Part shown: positions 15,501 through 30,500 of the stretch, in pieces
Layout: the number at the start of each line of letters is the position of its first letter
Numbering within the stretch: the stretch's first letter is position 1
Source of the DNA: Eledone cirrhosa
Taxonomy: Eukaryota
NCBI GenBank assembly: GCA_964016885.1
Contig: OZ024742.1
Span: 371,752,001 to 371,816,000 of the forward strand
Reading direction: 5' to 3'
Length of the DNA: 64,000 nt
Translations under genes and position numbers: made by a program
Notes under the pieces: model-generated
What the model was told of the DNA's origin: nothing
The model's input: the letters and a program-made list of their open reading frames with translations, nothing else
Database searches by the model: none

Positions 15501-18500
15501 CTACTCTAAATGATACAGCCTACCTACTCTAAATGATAGTCTACCTACTCTAAATAATAGTCTACCTACTCTAAATGATACAGTCTACCTACTCTAAATG
15601 ATAGTCTACCTACTCTAAATAATAGTCTACCTACTCTAAATGATACAGTCTACCTACTCTAAATAATAGTCTACCTACTCTAAATGATACAGCCTACCGA
15701 CTCTAAATGATACAGCCTACCTACTCTAAATGATAGTCTACCTACTCTAAATGATAGTCTACCTACTCTAAATGATGGTCTACCTACTCTAAATAATAGT
15801 CTACCTGCTCTAAATAATAGTCTACCTACTCTAAATGATAGTCTACCTACTTTAAATAATACAGCCTACCTACTCTAAATGATAGTTTACCTACTCTAAA
15901 TGATAGTCTACCTACTCTAAATAATAGTCTACCTACTCTAAATAATAGTCTACCTACTCTAAATTATAGTCTACCTACTCTAAATAATAGTTTACCTACT
16001 CTAAATGATAGTCTACCTACTCTAAATAAAATAGTCTACCTACTCTAAATAATAGTCTACCTACTCTAAATAATAGTCTACCTTCTCTAAATGATAGTAT
16101 ACCTACTCTAAATGATACAGCGTACCTACTCTAAATGATACAGCCTACATACTCTAAATGATACAGCCTACCTACTCTAAATGATAGTCTACTTACTCTA
16201 AATGATAGTCTACCTACTCTAAATGATACAGTCTACCTATTCTAAATGATAGTCTACCTACTCTAAATGATACAGCCTACCTACTCTAAATGATACGGTC
16301 TACATACTCTAAATGATAATCTACCTACTCTAAATGATACAGTCTACCTACTCTAAATGATAGCCTACCTACTCTAAATAATACAGTCTACCTACTCTAA
16401 ATGATACAGTCTACCTACTCTAAATGATAGTCTACCTACTCTAAATGATACAGCCTACCTACTCTAAATAATAGTCTACCTACTCTAAATGATAGTCTAC
16501 CTACTCTAAATAATAGTCTACCTACTCTAAATGATACAGTCTAACTACTCTAAATGATAGCCTACCTACTCTAAATGATATAGTCTACCTACTCTAAATA
16601 ATAGTCTACCTACTCTAAATGATACAGTCTACCTACTCTAAATGATAGTCTACCTACTCTAAATGATACAGTCTACCTACTCTAAATGATAGTCTACCTA
16701 CTCTAAATGATACAGTCTACCTACTCTAAATGATAGCCTACCTACTCTAAATGATACAGTTTACCTACTCTAAATGATAGTCTACCTACTCTAAATGATA
16801 GTCTACCTACTCTAAATGATACAGCCTACCTACTCTAAATGATAGTCTACCTACTCTAAATGATAGTGTACGTCCTCTAAATAATAGCCTACCTACTCTA
16901 AATGATACAGTCTACCTACTCTAAATGATAGTCTACCTACTCTAAATAATACAGACTACCTACTCTAAATAATAGTCTACCTACTCTAAATGATAGTCTA
17001 CCTACTCTAAATGATAGTCTACCTACTCTAAATGATACAGTCTACCTATTCTAAATGATAGTCTACCTACTCTAAATGATACAGCCTACCTACTCTAAAT
17101 GATACGGTCTACCTACTCTAAATGATAGTCTACCTACTCTAAATGATACAGCCTACCTACTCTAAATGATAGTCTACCTACTCTAAATGATAGTGTACGT
17201 CCTCTAAATAATAGCCTACCTACTCTAAATGATAGTCTACCTACTCTAAATGATAGTCTACCTACTCTAAATGATAGTCTACCTACTCTAAATGATACAG
17301 TCTACCTACTCTAAATGATAGTCTTCCTACTCTAAATGATACAGTCTACCTACTCTAAATGATAGTCTACCTACTCTAAATGATACAGCCTACCTACTCT
17401 AAATGATACAGTCTACCTACTCTAAATGATAGTCTACCTACTCTAAATGATAGTCTACCTACTCTAAATGATACTCTACCTACTCTAAATGATACAGCCT
17501 ACCTACTCTAAATGATACAGCCTACCTACTCTAAATGATAGTCTACCTACTCTAAATGATAGTCTACCTACTCTAAATGATGGTCTACCTACTCTAAATA
17601 ATAGTCTACCTGCTCTAAATAATAGTCTACCTACTCTAAATGATAGTCTACCTACTTTAAATAATACAGCCTACCTACTCTAAATGATAGTTTACCTACT
17701 CTAAATGATAGTCTACCTACTCTAAATAATAGTCTACCTACTCTAAATTATAGTCTACCTACTCTAAATAATAGTTTACCTACTCTAAATGATAGTCTAC
17801 CTACTCTAAATAAAATAGTCTACCTACTCTAAATAATAGTCTACCTACTCTAAATAATAGTCTACCTTCTCTAAATGATAGTATACCTACTCTAAATGAT
17901 ACAGCCTACCTACTCTAAATGATACAGCCTACATACTCTAAATGATACAACCTACCTACTCTAAATGATAGTCTACCTACTCTAAATGATATTCTACCTA
18001 CTCTAAATGATAGTCTACCTACTCTAAATAATAGTCTACCTACTCTAAATGATAGTATACCTACTCTAAATGATACAGTCTACCTACTCTAAATGATACA
18101 GCCTACCTACTCTAAATGATAGTCTACCTATTCTAAATGATAGTCTACCTACTCTAAATGATACAGTCTACCTATTCTAAATGATAGTCTACCTACTCTA
18201 AATGATACAGCCTACCTACTCTAAATGATACGGTCTACCTACTCTAAATGATAGTCTACCTACTCTAAATGATACAGCCTACCTACTCTAAATGATAGTC
18301 TACCTACTCTAAATGATAGTGTACGTCCTCTAAATAATAGCCTACCTACTCTAAATGATAGTCTACCTACTCTAAATGATAGTCTACCTACTCTAAATGA
18401 TAGTCTACCTACTCTAAATGATACAGTCTACCTACTCTAAATGATACAGTCTACCTACTCTAAATGATAGCCTACCTACTATAAATAATACAGTCTACCT

Positions 18501-21500
18501 ACTCTAAATGATACAGTCTACCTACTCTAAATGATAGTCTACCTACTCTAAATGATACAGTCTACCTACTCTAAATGATACAGCCTACCTGCTCTAAATA
18601 ATAGTCTACCTACTCTAAATGATAGTCTACCTACTCTAAATGATAGTCTACCTACTCTAAATAATAGTCAACCTACTCTAAATAATAGTCTACCTACTCT
18701 AAATAATACAGCCTACCTACTCTAAATGATAGTCTACCTACTCTAAATAATAGTCTACCTACTCTAAATGATACAGCCTACCTACTCTAAATGATAGTCT
18801 ACCTACTCTAAATAATAGTCTACCTACTCTAAATGATACAGTCTACCTACTCTAAATGATAGTCTACCTACTCTAAATAATAGTCTACCTACTCTAAATG
18901 ATACAGCCTACCTACTCTAAATGATACAGTCTACCTACTCTAAATGATACAGTCTACCTACTCTAAATGGTAGTCTACCTACTCTAAATGATACAGTCTA
19001 CCTACTCTAAATGATACAGTCTACCTACTCTAAATGATAGCCTACCTACTCTAAATGATAGTCTACCTACTCTAAATAATAGTCTACCTACTCTAAATAA
19101 TAGTCTACCACTCTAAATGATACAGTCTACCTACTCTAAATGATACAGCCTACCTACTCTAAATGATAGTCTACCTACTCTAAATGATACAGTCTACCTA
19201 CTCTAAATGATACAGTCTACCTACTCTAAATGATAGTCTACCTACTCTAAATGATACAGTCTACCTACTCTAAATGATACAGTCTACCTACTCTAAATGA
19301 TACAGTCTACCTACTCTAAATGATAGCCTACCTACTCTAAATAATACAGTCTACCTACTCTAAATGATACAGTCTACCTACTCTAAATGATAGTCTACCT
19401 ACTCTAAATGATACAGTCTACCTACTCTAAATGATACAGTCTACCTACTCTAAATAATGGTCTACCTACTCTAAATGATAGTCTACCTACTCTAAATGAT
19501 AGTCTACCTACTCTAAATGATAGTCTACCTACTCTAAATAATACAGTCTACCTACTCTAAATGATACAGCCTACCTGCTCTAAATGATAGTCTACCTACT
19601 CTAAATGATAGCCTACCTACTCTAAATAATACTGTCTACCTACTCTAAATGATACAGTCTACCTACTCTAAATGATAGTCTACCTACTCTAAATGATACA
19701 GTCTACCTACTCTAAATGATACAGCCTACCTGCTCTAAATAATAGTCTACCTACTCTAAATGATAGTCTACCTACTCTAAATGATAGTCTACCTACTCTA
19801 AATAATAGTCTACCTACTCTAAATAATAGTCTACCTACTCTAAATAATACAGCCTACCTACTCTAAATGATAGTCTACCTACTCTAAATAATAGTCTACC
19901 TACTCTAAATGATACAGCCTACCTACTCTAAATGATAGTCTACCTACTCTAAATAATAGTCTACCTACTCTAAATGATACAGTCTACCTACTCTAAATGA
20001 TAGTCTACCTACTCTAAATAATAGTCTACCTACTCTAAATGATACAGTCTACCTACTCTAAATAATAGTCTACCTACTCTAAATGATACAGCCTACCGAC
20101 TCTAAATGATACAGCCTACCTACTCTAAATGATAGTCTACCTACTCTAAATGATAGTCTACCTACTCTAAATGATGGTCTACCTACTCTAAATAATAGTC
20201 TACCTGCTCTAAATAATAGTCTACCTACTCTAAATGATAGTCTACCTACTTTAAATAATACAGCCTACCTACTCTAAATGATAGTTTACCTACTCTAAAT
20301 GATAGTCTACCTACTCTAAATAATAGTCTACCTACTCTAAATAATAGTCTACCTACTCTAAATTATAGTCTACCTACTCTAAATAATAGTTTACCTACTC
20401 TAAATGATAGTCTACCTACTCTAAATAAAATAGTCTACCTACTCTAAATAATAGTCTACCTACTCTAAATAATAGTCTACCTTCTCTAAATGATAGTATA
20501 CCTACTCTAAATGATACAGCCTACCTACTCTAAATGATACAGCCTACATACTCTAAATGATACAACCTACCTACTCTAAATGATAGTCTACCTACTCTAA
20601 ATGATATTCTACCTACTCTAAATGATAGTCTACCTACTCTAAATAATAGTCTACCTACTCTAAATGATAGTATACCTACTCTAAATGATACAGTCTACCT
20701 ACTCTAAATGATACAGCCTACCTACTCTAAATGATAGTCTACCTATTCTAAATGATAGTCTACCTACTCTAAATGATACAGTCTACCTATTCTAAATGAT
20801 AGTCTACCTACTCTAAATGATACAGCCTACCTACTCTAAATGATACGGTCTACCTACTCTAAATGATAGTCTACCTACTCTAAATGATACAGCCTACCTA
20901 CTCTAAATGATAGTCTACCTACTCTAAATGATAGTGTACGTCCTCTAAATAATAGCCTACCTACTCTAAATGATAGTCTACCTACTCTAAATGATAGTCT
21001 ACCTACTCTAAATGATAGTCTACCTACTCTAAATGATACAGTCTACCTACTCTAAATGATAGTCTACCTACTCTAAATGATACAGTCTACCTACTCTAAA
21101 TGATAGTCTACCTACTCTAAATGATACAGCCTACCTACTCTAAATGATACAGTCTACCTACTCTAAATGATAGTCTACCTACTCTAAATGATAGTCTACC
21201 TACTCTAAATGATACTCTACCTACTCTAAATGATACAGCCTACCTACTCTAAATGATACAGTCTACCTACTCTAAATGATACAGTTTACCTACTCTAAAT
21301 GATAGTCTACCTACTCTAAATGATACAGTCTACCTACTCTAAATGATACAGTCTACCTACTCTAAATGATAGCCTACCTACTCTAAATGATAGTCTACCT
21401 ACTCTAAATAATAGTCTACCTACTCTAAATAATAGTCTACCACTCTAAATGATACAGTCTACCTACTCTAAATGATACAGCCTACCTACTCTAAATGATA

Positions 21501-24500
21501 GTCTACCTACTCTAAATGATACAGTCTACCTACTCTAAATGATACAGTCTACCTACTCTAAATGATAGTCTACCTACTCTAAATGATACAGTCTACCTAC
21601 TCTAAATGATAGTCTACCTACTCTAAATGATACAGTCTACCTACTCTAAATGATACAGTCTACCTACTCTAAATGATAGCCTACCTACTCTAAATAATAC
21701 AGTCTACCTACTCTAAATGATACAGTCTACCTACTCTAAATGATAGTCTACCTACTCTAAATGATACAGTCTACCTACTCTAAATGATACAGCCTACCTG
21801 CTCTAAATAATAGTCTACCTACTCTAAATGATAGTCTACCTACTCTAAATGATAGTCTACCTACTCTAAATAATAGTCTACCTACTCTAAATAATAGTCT
21901 ACCTACTCTAAATAATACAGCCTACCTACTCTAAATGATAGTCTACCTACTCTAAATAATAGTCTACCTACTCTAAATGATACAGCCTACCTACTCTAAA
22001 TGATAGTCTACCTACTCTAAATAATAGTCTACCTACTCTAAATGATACAGTCTACCTACTCTAAATGATAGTCTACCTACTCTAAATAATAGTCTACCTA
22101 CTCTAAATGATACAGTCTACCTACTCTAAATAATAGTCTACCTACTCTAAATGATACAGCCTACCGACTCTAAATGATACAGCCTACCTACTCTAAATGA
22201 TAGTCTACCTACTCTAAATGATAGTCTACCTACTCTAAATGATGGTCTACCTACTCTAAATAATAGTCTACCTGCTCTAAATAATAGTCTACCTACTCTA
22301 AATGATAGTCTACCTACTTTAAATAATACAGCCTACCTACTCTAAATGATAGTTTACCTACTCTAAATGATAGTCTACCTACTCTAAATAATAGTCTACC
22401 TACTCTAAATAATAGTCTACCTACTCTAAATTATAGTCTACCTACTCTAAATAATAGTTTACCTACTCTAAATGATAGTCTACCTACTCTAAATAAAATA
22501 GTCTACCTACTCTAAATAATAGTCTACCTACTCTAAATAATAGTCTACCTTCTCTAAATGATAGTATACCTACTCTAAATGATACAGCGTACCTACTCTA
22601 AATGATACAGCCTACATACTCTAAATGATACAACCTACCTACTCTAAATGATAGTCTACCTACTCTAAATGATATTCTACCTACTCTAAATGATAGTCTA
22701 CCTACTCTAAATAATAGTCTACCTACTCTAAATGATAGTATACCTACTCTAAATGATACAGTCTACCTACTCTAAATGATACAGCCTACCTACTCTAAAT
22801 GATAGTCTACTTACTCTAAATGATAGTCTACCTACTCTAAATGATACAGTCTACCTATTCTAAATGATAGTCTACCTACTCTAAATGATACAGCCTACCT
22901 ACTCTAAATGATACGGTCTACATACTCTAAATGATAATCTACCTACTCTAAATGATACAGTCTACCTACTCTAAATGATAGCCTACCTACTCTAAATAAT
23001 ACAGTCTACCTACTCTAAATGATACAGTCTACCTACTCTAAATGATAGTCTACCTACTCTAAATGATACAGCCTACCTACTCTAAATAATAGTCTACCTA
23101 CTCTAAATGATAGTCTACCTACTCTAAATAATAGTCTACCTACTCTAAATGATACAGTCTAACTACTCTAAATGATAGCCTACCTACTCTAAATGATATA
23201 GTCTACCTACTCTAAATAATAGTCTACCTACTCTAAATGATACAGTCTACCTACTCTAAATGATAGTCTACCTACTCTAAATGATACAGTCTACCTACTC
23301 TAAATGATAGTCTACCTACTCTAAATGATACAGTCTACCTACTCTAAATGATAGCCTACCTACTCTAAATGATACAGTCTACCTACTCTAAATGATAGTC
23401 TACCTACTCTAAATGATACAGCCTACCTACTCTAAATAATAGTCTACCTACTCTAAATGATAGTCTACCTACTCTAAATGATAATCTACCTACTCTAAAT
23501 GATACAGCCTACCTACTCTAATTGATAGTCTACCTACTCTAAATGATACAGTCTACCTACTCTAAATGATAGTCTACCTACTCTAAATGATAGTCTACCT
23601 ACTCTAAATGATAGTCTACCTACTCTAAATGATAGTCTACCTACTCTAAATGATAGTCTACCTACTCTAAATGATACAGTCTACCTAATCTAAATGATAC
23701 AGTCTACCTACTCTAAATGATAGTCTACCTACTTTAAATGATAGTCTACCTACTCTAAATGATAGTCTACCTACTCTAAATAATAGTCTACCTACTCTAA
23801 ATGATAGTCTACGTACTCTAAATGATAGTCTGCCTACTCTAAATGATAGTCTACCTACTCTAAATGATACAGTCTACCTACTCTAAATGATAGTCTACCT
23901 ACTCTAAATGATACAGCCTACCTACTCTAAATGATACAGTCTACCTACTCTAAATGATAGTCTACCTACTCTAAATGATACAGCCTACCTACTCTAAATG
24001 ATACAGTCTACCTACTCTAAATGATAGTCTACCTACTCTAAATGATAGTTTACCTACTCTAAATGATAGTTTACCTACTCTAAATGATAGTCTACCTACT
24101 CTAAATGATAGTCTACCTACTCTAAATGATAGTCTACCTACTCTAAATGATACAGCCTACCTACTCTAAATGATAGTCTACCTACTCTAAATAATACAGC
24201 CTACCTGCTCTAAATGATAGCCTACCTACTCTAAATGATAGTTTACCTACTCTAAATGATAGTCTACCTACTCTAAATGATAGTCTACCTACTCTAAATA
24301 ATAGTCTACCTACTCTAAATGATAGTCTACCTACTCTAAATGATAGTCTACCTACTCTAAATAATACAGCCTACCTGCTCTAAATGATACAGTCTATCTA
24401 CTCTAAATAATAGTCTACCTACTCTAAATGATAGTCAACCTACTCTAAATAATAGTCTACCTACTCTAAATGATACAGTGTACCTTTTCTAAATGATAGT

Positions 24501-27500
24501 CTACCTACTCTAAATAATGGTCTACCTACTCTAAATGATACAGTGTACCTTTTCTAAATGATAGTCTACCTACTCTAAATAATGGTCTACCTACTCTAAA
24601 TGATACAGTCTACCTACTCTAAATGATAGTCTACCTACTCTAAATGATACAGCCTACCTACTCTAAATGATATAGTCTACCTACTCTAAATGATACAGTC
24701 TACCTACTCTAAATAATACAGACTACCTACTCTAAATAATAGTCTACCTATTCTAAATGATAGTCTACCTACTCTAAATGATAGTCTACCTACTCTAAAT
24801 GATAGTCTACCTACTCTAAATGATAGTCTACCTACTCTAAATGATACAGCCTACCTACTCTAAATGATACAGCCTCCCTACTCTAAATGATAGTCTACCT
24901 ACTCTAAATGATAGTCTACCTACTCTAAATGATAGTCTACCTACTCTCAATGATAGTCTACCTACTGTAAATAATAGTCTACCTACTCTAAATAATACAG
25001 TCTACCTACTCTAAATGATAGTCTACCTACTCTAAATGATAGTCTACCTACTCTAAATGATAGTCTACCTACTCTAAATGATACAGCCTATCTACTCTAA
25101 ATGATACAGCCTCCCTACTCTAAATGATAGTCTACCTACTCTAAATGATAGTCTACCTACTCTAAATGATAGTCTACCTACTCTCAATGATAGTCTACCT
25201 ACTCTCAATGATAGTCTACCTACTCTAAATGATAGTCTACCTACTCTAAATGATAGTCTACCTACTCTAAATGATACAGCCTACCTACTCTAAATAATAG
25301 CCTACCTACTCTAAATGATACAGTCTACCTACTCTAAATGATACAGTCTACCTACTGTAAATAATACAGCCTACCTACTCTAAATGATAGTCTACCTACT
25401 CTAAATGATACAGCCTACCTACTCTAAATGATAGTCTACCTACTCTAAATGATAGTCTACCTACTCTAAATGATACAGCCTACCTACTCTAAATGATAGT
25501 CTAACTACTCTAAATAATAGTCTACCTACTCTAAATGATAGTCTACCTACTCTAAATAATAGTCTACCTACTCTAAATAATAGTCTACCTACTCTAAATG
25601 ATAGTGTACCTACTCTAAATGATAGTCTACCTACTCTAAATGATAGTCTACCTACTCTAAATAATAGTCTACCTACTCTAAATGATACAGCCTACCTACT
25701 CTAAATGATAGTCTACCTACTCTAAATAATAGTCTACCTACTCTAAATGATAGTCTACCTACTCTAAATAATAGTCTACCTACTCTAAATAATAGTCTAC
25801 CTACTCTAAATGATAGTCTACCTACTCTAAATAATAGTCTACCTACTCTAAATGATAGTCTACCTACTCTAAATAATAGTCTACCTTCTCTAAATGATAG
25901 TATACCTACTCTAAATGATACAGCCTACCTACTCTAAATGATACAGCCTACATACTCTAAATGATACAACCTACCTACTCTAAATGATAGTCTACCTACT
26001 CTAAATGATATTCTACCTACTCTAAATGATAGTCTACCTACTCTAAATAATAGTCTACCTTCTCTAAATGATAGTATATCTACTCTAAATGATACAGCCT
26101 ACCTACTCTAAATGATAATCTACCTTCTCTAAATAATACAGCCTACCTACTCTAAATGATAGTTTACCTACTCTAAATGATAGTCTACCTACTCTAAATG
26201 ATACAGCCTACCTACTCTAACTGATAGTCTAACTACTCTAAATAATAGTCTACCTACTCTAAATGATAGTCTACCTACTCTAAATAATAGTCTACCTACT
26301 CTAAATAATAGTCTACCTACTCTAAATGATAGTCTACCTACTCTAAATGATAGTCTACCTACTCTAAATGATAGTCTACCTACTCTAAATAATAGTCTAC
26401 CTACTCTAAATGATACAGCCTACCTACTCTAAATGATAGTCTACCTACTCTAAATAATAGTCTGCCTACTCTAAATGATAGTCTACCTACTCTAAATGAT
26501 ACAGTCTACCTATTCTAAATGATAGTCTACCTACTCTAAATGATACAGCCTACCTACTCTAAATGATACGGTCTACCTACTCTAAATGATAGTCTACCTA
26601 CTCTAAATGATACAGCCTACCTACTCTAAATGATAGTCTACCTACTCTAAATGATAGTGTACGTCCTCTAAATAATAGCCTACCTACTCTAAATGATAGT
26701 CTACCTACTCTAAATGATAGTCTACCTACTCTAAATGATACAGTCTACCTACTCTAAATGATAGTCTACCTACTCTAAATGATACAGTCTACCTACTCTA
26801 AATGATAGACTACCTACTCTAAATGATACAGCCTACCTACTCTAAATGATACAGTCTACCTACTCTAAATGATAGTCTACCTACTCTAAATGATAGTCTA
26901 CCTACTCTAAATGATACTCTACCTACTCTAAATGATACAGCCTACCTACTCTAAATGATACAGTCTACCTACTCTAAATGATACAGTTTACCTACTCTAA
27001 ATGATAGTCTACCTACTCTAAATGATACAGTCTACCTACTCTAAATGATACAGTCTACCTACTCTAAATGATAGTCTACCTACTCTAAATGATAGTCTAC
27101 CTACTCTAAATGATACTCTACCTACTCTAAATGATACAGCCTACCTACTCTAAATGATACAGTCTACCTACTCTAAATGATACAGTTTACCTACTCTAAA
27201 TGATAGTCTACCTACTCTAAATGATACAGTCTACCTACTCTAAATGATACAGTCTACCTACTCTAAATGATAGCCTACCTACTCTAAATGATAGTCTACC
27301 TACTCTAAATAATAGTCTACCTACTCTAAATAATAGTCTACCACTCTAAATGATACAGTCTACCTACTCTAAATGATACAGTCTACCTACTCTAAATGAT
27401 AGCCTACCTACTCTAAATGATAGTCTACCTACTCTAAATAATAGTCTACCTACTCTAAATAATAGTCTACCACTCTAAATGATAGTCTACCTACTCTAAA

Positions 27501-30500
27501 TGATACAGTCTACCTACTCTAAATGATACAGTCTACCTACTCTAAATGATAGTCTACCTACTCTAAATGATACAGTCTACCTACTCTAAATGATAGTCTA
27601 CCTACTCTAAATGATACAGTCTACCTACTCTAAATGATACAGTCTACCTACTCTAAATGATAGCCTACCTACTCTAAATAATACAGTCTACCTACTCTAA
27701 ATGATACAGTCTACCTACTCTAAATGATAGTCTACCTACTCTAAATGATACAGTCTACCTACTCTAAATGATACAGCCTACCTGCTCTAAATAATAGTCT
27801 ACCTACTCTAAATGATAGTCTACCTACTCTAAATGATACTCTACCTACTCTAAATGATACAGCCTACCTACTCTAAATAATAGTCTACCTACTCTAAATA
27901 ATAGTCTACCTACTCTAAATAATACAGCCTACCTACTCTAAATGATAGTCTACCTACTCTAAATAATAGTCTACCTACTCTAAATAATAGTCTACCTACT
28001 CTAAATGATACAGCCTACCTACTCTAAATGATAGTCTACCTACTCTAAATGATACAGTCTACCTACTCTAAATGATACAGCCTACCTACTCTAAATAATA
28101 GTCTACCTACTCTAAATAATAGTCTACCTACTCTAAATAATACAGCCTACCTACTCTAAATGATAGTCTACCTACTCTAAATAATAGTCTACCTACTCTA
28201 AATGATACAGCCTACCTACTCTAAATGATAGTCTACCTACTCTAAATAATAGTCTACCTACTCTAAATGATACAGTCTACCTACTCTAAATGATAGTCTA
28301 CCTACTCTAAATAATAGTCTACCTACTCTAAATGATACAGTCTACCTACTCTAAATAATAGTCTACCTACTCTAAATGATACAGCCTACCGACTCTAAAT
28401 GATACAGCCTACCTACTCTAAATGATAGTCTACCTACTCTAAATGATAGTCTACCTACTCTAAATGATGGTCTACCTACTCTAAATAATAGTCTACCTGC
28501 TCTAAATAATAGTCTACCTACTCTAAATGATAGTCTACCTACTTTAAATAATACAGCCTACCTACTCTAAATGATAGTTTACCTACTCTAAATGATAGTC
28601 TACCTACTCTAAATGATAGTCTACCTACTCTAAATGATGGTCTACCTACTCTAAATAATAGTCTACCTGCTCTAAATAATAGTCTACCTACTCTAAATGA
28701 TAGTCTACCTACTTTAAATAATACAGCCTACCTACTCTAAATGATAGTCTACCTACTCTAAATTATAGTCTACCTACTCTAAATAATAGTTTACCTACTC
28801 TAAATGATAGTCTACCTACTCTAAATAAAATAGTCTACCTACTCTAAATAATAGTCTACCTACTCTAAATAATAGTCTACCTTCTCTAAATGATAGTATA
28901 CCTACTCTAAATGATACAGCGTACCTACTCTAAATGATACAGCCTACATACTCTAAATGATACAACCTACCTACTCTAAATGATAGTCTACCTACTCTAA
29001 ATGATATTCTACCTACTCTAAATGATAGTCTACCTACTCTAAATAATAGTCTACCTACTCTAAATGATAGTATACCTACTCTAAATGATACAGTCTACCT
29101 ACTCTAAATGATACAGCCTACCTACTCTAAATGATAGTCTACTTACTCTAAATGATAGTCTACCTACTCTAAATGATACAGTCTACCTATTCTAAATGAT
29201 AGTCTACCTACTCTAAATGATACAGCCTACCTACTCTAAATGATACGGTCTACATACTCTAAATGATAATCTACCTACTCTAAATGATACAGTCTACCTA
29301 CTCTAAATGATAGCCTACCTACTCTAAATAATACAGTCTACCTACTCTAAATGATACAGTCTACCTACTCTAAATGATAGTCTACCTACTCTAAATGATA
29401 CAGCCTACCTACTCTAAATAATAGTCTACCTACTCTAAATGATAGTCTACCTACTGTAAATAATAGTCTACCTACTCTAAATGATACAGTCTAACTACTC
29501 TAAATGATAGCCTACCTACTCTAAATGATATAGTCTACCTACTCTAAATAATAGTCTACCTACTCTAAATGATACAGTCTACCTACTCTAAATGATAGTC
29601 TACCTACTCTAAATGATACAGTCTACCTACTCTAAATGATAGTCTACCTACTCTAAATGATACAGTCTACCTACTCTAAATGATAGCCTACCTACTCTAA
29701 ATGATACAGTCTACCTACTCTAAATGATAGTCTACCTACTCTAAATGATAGTCTACCTACTCTAAATGATACAGCCTACCTACTCTAAATGATAGTCTAC
29801 CTACTCTAAATGATAGTCTACCTACTCTAAATGATAGACTACCTACTCTAAATGATAGTCTACCTACTCTAAATGATACAGTCTACCTACTCTAAATGAT
29901 AGTCTACCTACTCTAAATGATAGTCTACCTACTCTAAATGATACAGTCTACCTACTCTAAATGATAGTCTACCTACTCTAAATAATACAGACTACCTACT
30001 CTAAATAATAGTCTACCTACTCTAAATGATAGTCTACCTACTCTAAATGATAGTCTACCTACTCTAAATGATACAGCCTACCTACTCTAAATGATACGGT
30101 CTACCTACTCTAAATGATAGTCTACCTACTCTAAATGATACAGCCTACCTACTCTAAATGATAGTCTACCTACTCTAAATGATAGTGTACGTCCTCTAAA
30201 TGATAGTCTACCTACTCTAAATGATAGTCTACCTACTCTAAATGATAGTCTACCTACTCTAAATGATAGTCTACCTACTCTAAATGATACAGTCTACCTA
30301 CTCTAAATGATAGTCTACCTACTCTAAATGATACAGTCTACCTACTCTAAATGATAGTCTACCTACTCTAAATGATACAGCCTACCTACTCTAAATGATA
30401 CAGTCTACCTACTCTAAATGATAGTCTACCTACTCTAAATGATAGTCTACCTACTCTAAATGATACTCTACCTACTCTAAATGATACAGCCTACCTACTC